NCBI GenBank assembly: GCA_018715525.1
Contig: DVLL01000017.1
Span: 15,070-79,069, forward strand
Length of the DNA: 64,000 bases
Direction of reading: 5' to 3'
Origin: Candidatus Faeciplasma pullistercoris
GTDB taxonomy: Bacteria; Bacillota; Clostridia; Oscillospirales; Ruminococcaceae
Under the pieces are notes generated by a model that was given only the letters and a program-made list of their open reading frames with translations, had not been told where the DNA came from and searched no databases. A program made the translations under genes and the position numbers. This document shows positions 63,281 to 64,000 of the stretch, piece by piece (position 1 is the stretch's first letter; the number at the start of each line of letters is the position of its first letter).

Positions 63281-63682
63281 ATGTCAGAATTTACACTTCC
63301 GCACAATCATGGGCAGTCGATAGAGCAGGAACTTAATAACATGCCAAGCTCGCAAAGCTTTCAAACCCTTTCCGCAATCTTCAAGCAGCTTGACGACGGC
63401 AGCAGAATAAGGATATTCTGGCTGCTCTGCCACTGCGAGGAATGCGTTATTAACCTGTCGGCTATGATGGGGATGAGCAGCCCGGCAGTCTCGCATCACC
63501 TCAGACAGCTCAAAACAGCGGGACTCATCGTAAGCAGAAGAGAGGGCAAGGAGGTATACTACACAGCCTCCGAGTCGGAGCAGGCGCAGCTTTTGCACAG
63601 GATGATAGAAGAACTGGTGAAAATAGCCTGTCCGTCAGAAGCATCTCACGCCGGGCACGGCAATACATCTGAGCATCATTAA
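63281..63682 (+). CDS. ArsR/SmtB family metal-sensing repressor
   Basis: The wHTH region reads RIRIFWLLCHCEECVINLSAMMGMSSPAVSHHLRQLKTAGLIVSRREGKEVYY. It includes a Cys cluster at the alpha3 position and a His-rich C-terminus (HAGHGNTSEHH). Confidence 0.85.
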   Translation: MSEFTLPHNHGQSIEQELNNMPSSQSFQTLSAIFKQLDDGSRIRIFWLLCHCEECVINLSAMMGMSSPAVSHHLRQLKTAGLIVSRREGKEVYYTASESEQAQLLHRMIEELVKIACPSEASHAGHGNTSEHH

Positions 63683-63719
63683 CAGACTGAAGCTGTATAA
63701 ATCCAAAGGAGGAACCAAA

Positions 63720-63959
63720 ATGAAACTCATTCATGTTGCAAACAAATACTGCCGGGAGAGCGACTGGAAGGTACTGCTCCTGCTAAAAATCTGCCTCTTA
63801 TCTGCCGGAATGATAGCAGGGATGCTGGTTCCAAAGGAGAAAAGAAAGGCTGCGTTCGGCTTCGGAATCGCCGCGTTCATTATCTCATATTTGCCGCTTA
63901 TGAACAGGCTTTGCAGAACCTGGAGGCAGGATACACTCGAGCAGCCGCATGAGCTCTGA
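63720..63959 (+). CDS. hypothetical small membrane protein (79 aa, 2 TM)
   Basis: Two hydrophobic segments, with an RBS AAAGGAGGAA upstream. No family recognised. Confidence 0.4.
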   Translation: MKLIHVANKYCRESDWKVLLLLKICLLSAGMIAGMLVPKEKRKAAFGFGIAAFIISYLPLMNRLCRTWRQDTLEQPHEL

Positions 63960-64000
63960 TAAGATTTACTCCATGCCCCTCGGAAGGGTCTATTCGCTTT
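63949..64000 (+). CDS. start of a possible DUF2200-like gene (runs off the window end)
   Basis: My own translation is MSSDKIYSMPLGRVYSL... The IYSM.F..VY pattern recalls DUF2200 N-termini. Only 17 codons are visible and the SD spacing is poor, so this is tentative. Confidence 0.25.
   Translation, partial: MSSDKIYSMPLGRVYSL

Overview
This 64 kb window looks like a chromosomal segment from a Gram-positive anaerobe of the Clostridia type. Supporting synteny includes the minus-strand block rnj-gdpP-rplI-dnaB-tilS-hpt-ftsH, rpsO-pnp, M16-M16-lgt-folD, secG-ung, ECF S-components and a LysR-linked DUF3737/cyclophilin-like/Fe-ADH cluster. I count about 55 protein-coding genes, most on the minus strand, and one TPP riboswitch. 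I see no rRNA, tRNA, CRISPR array, prophage, integrase, reverse transcriptase or intact IS element. Most of the window is housekeeping: replication, RNA turnover, ribosomal proteins, cell envelope and folate/purine salvage. The accessory or unusual pockets are listed here. (1) A MacB-type ABC operon at 3833-7986 has a five-domain Ig-like surface protein wedged between the ATPase and the permease. (2) A membrane-tethered GH30-like hydrolase. (3) An ANT(6)-type aminoglycoside nucleotidyltransferase. (4) An orphan gene for a membrane protein with a coiled-coil tail, at 27921-29261. (5) A 2360-aa cyclic beta-1,2-glucan-synthase-like giant at 41480-48562. (6) A decaying region at 55.3-58.7 kb with a truncated transposase start and a precise deletion junction that fuses a cyclophilin-like lipoprotein gene to the last third of an Fe-alcohol dehydrogenase gene. 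(7) A metal-resistance patch with a split HMA domain, a P1B ATPase and an ArsR regulator. I could not identify a clear multi-gene system of a recognisable novel kind, such as a defence island, toxin-antitoxin pair or retroelement. The best candidates for something under-described are the ABC/CARDB triad, the glucan-synthase-like giant and the orphan membrane/coiled-coil protein. All functional calls rest on motif and family recognition from reading the translations. No database search was possible. Start codons were adjusted by eye from RBS context, and the supplied ORF track shows alternative starts (GTG/TTG) as M.
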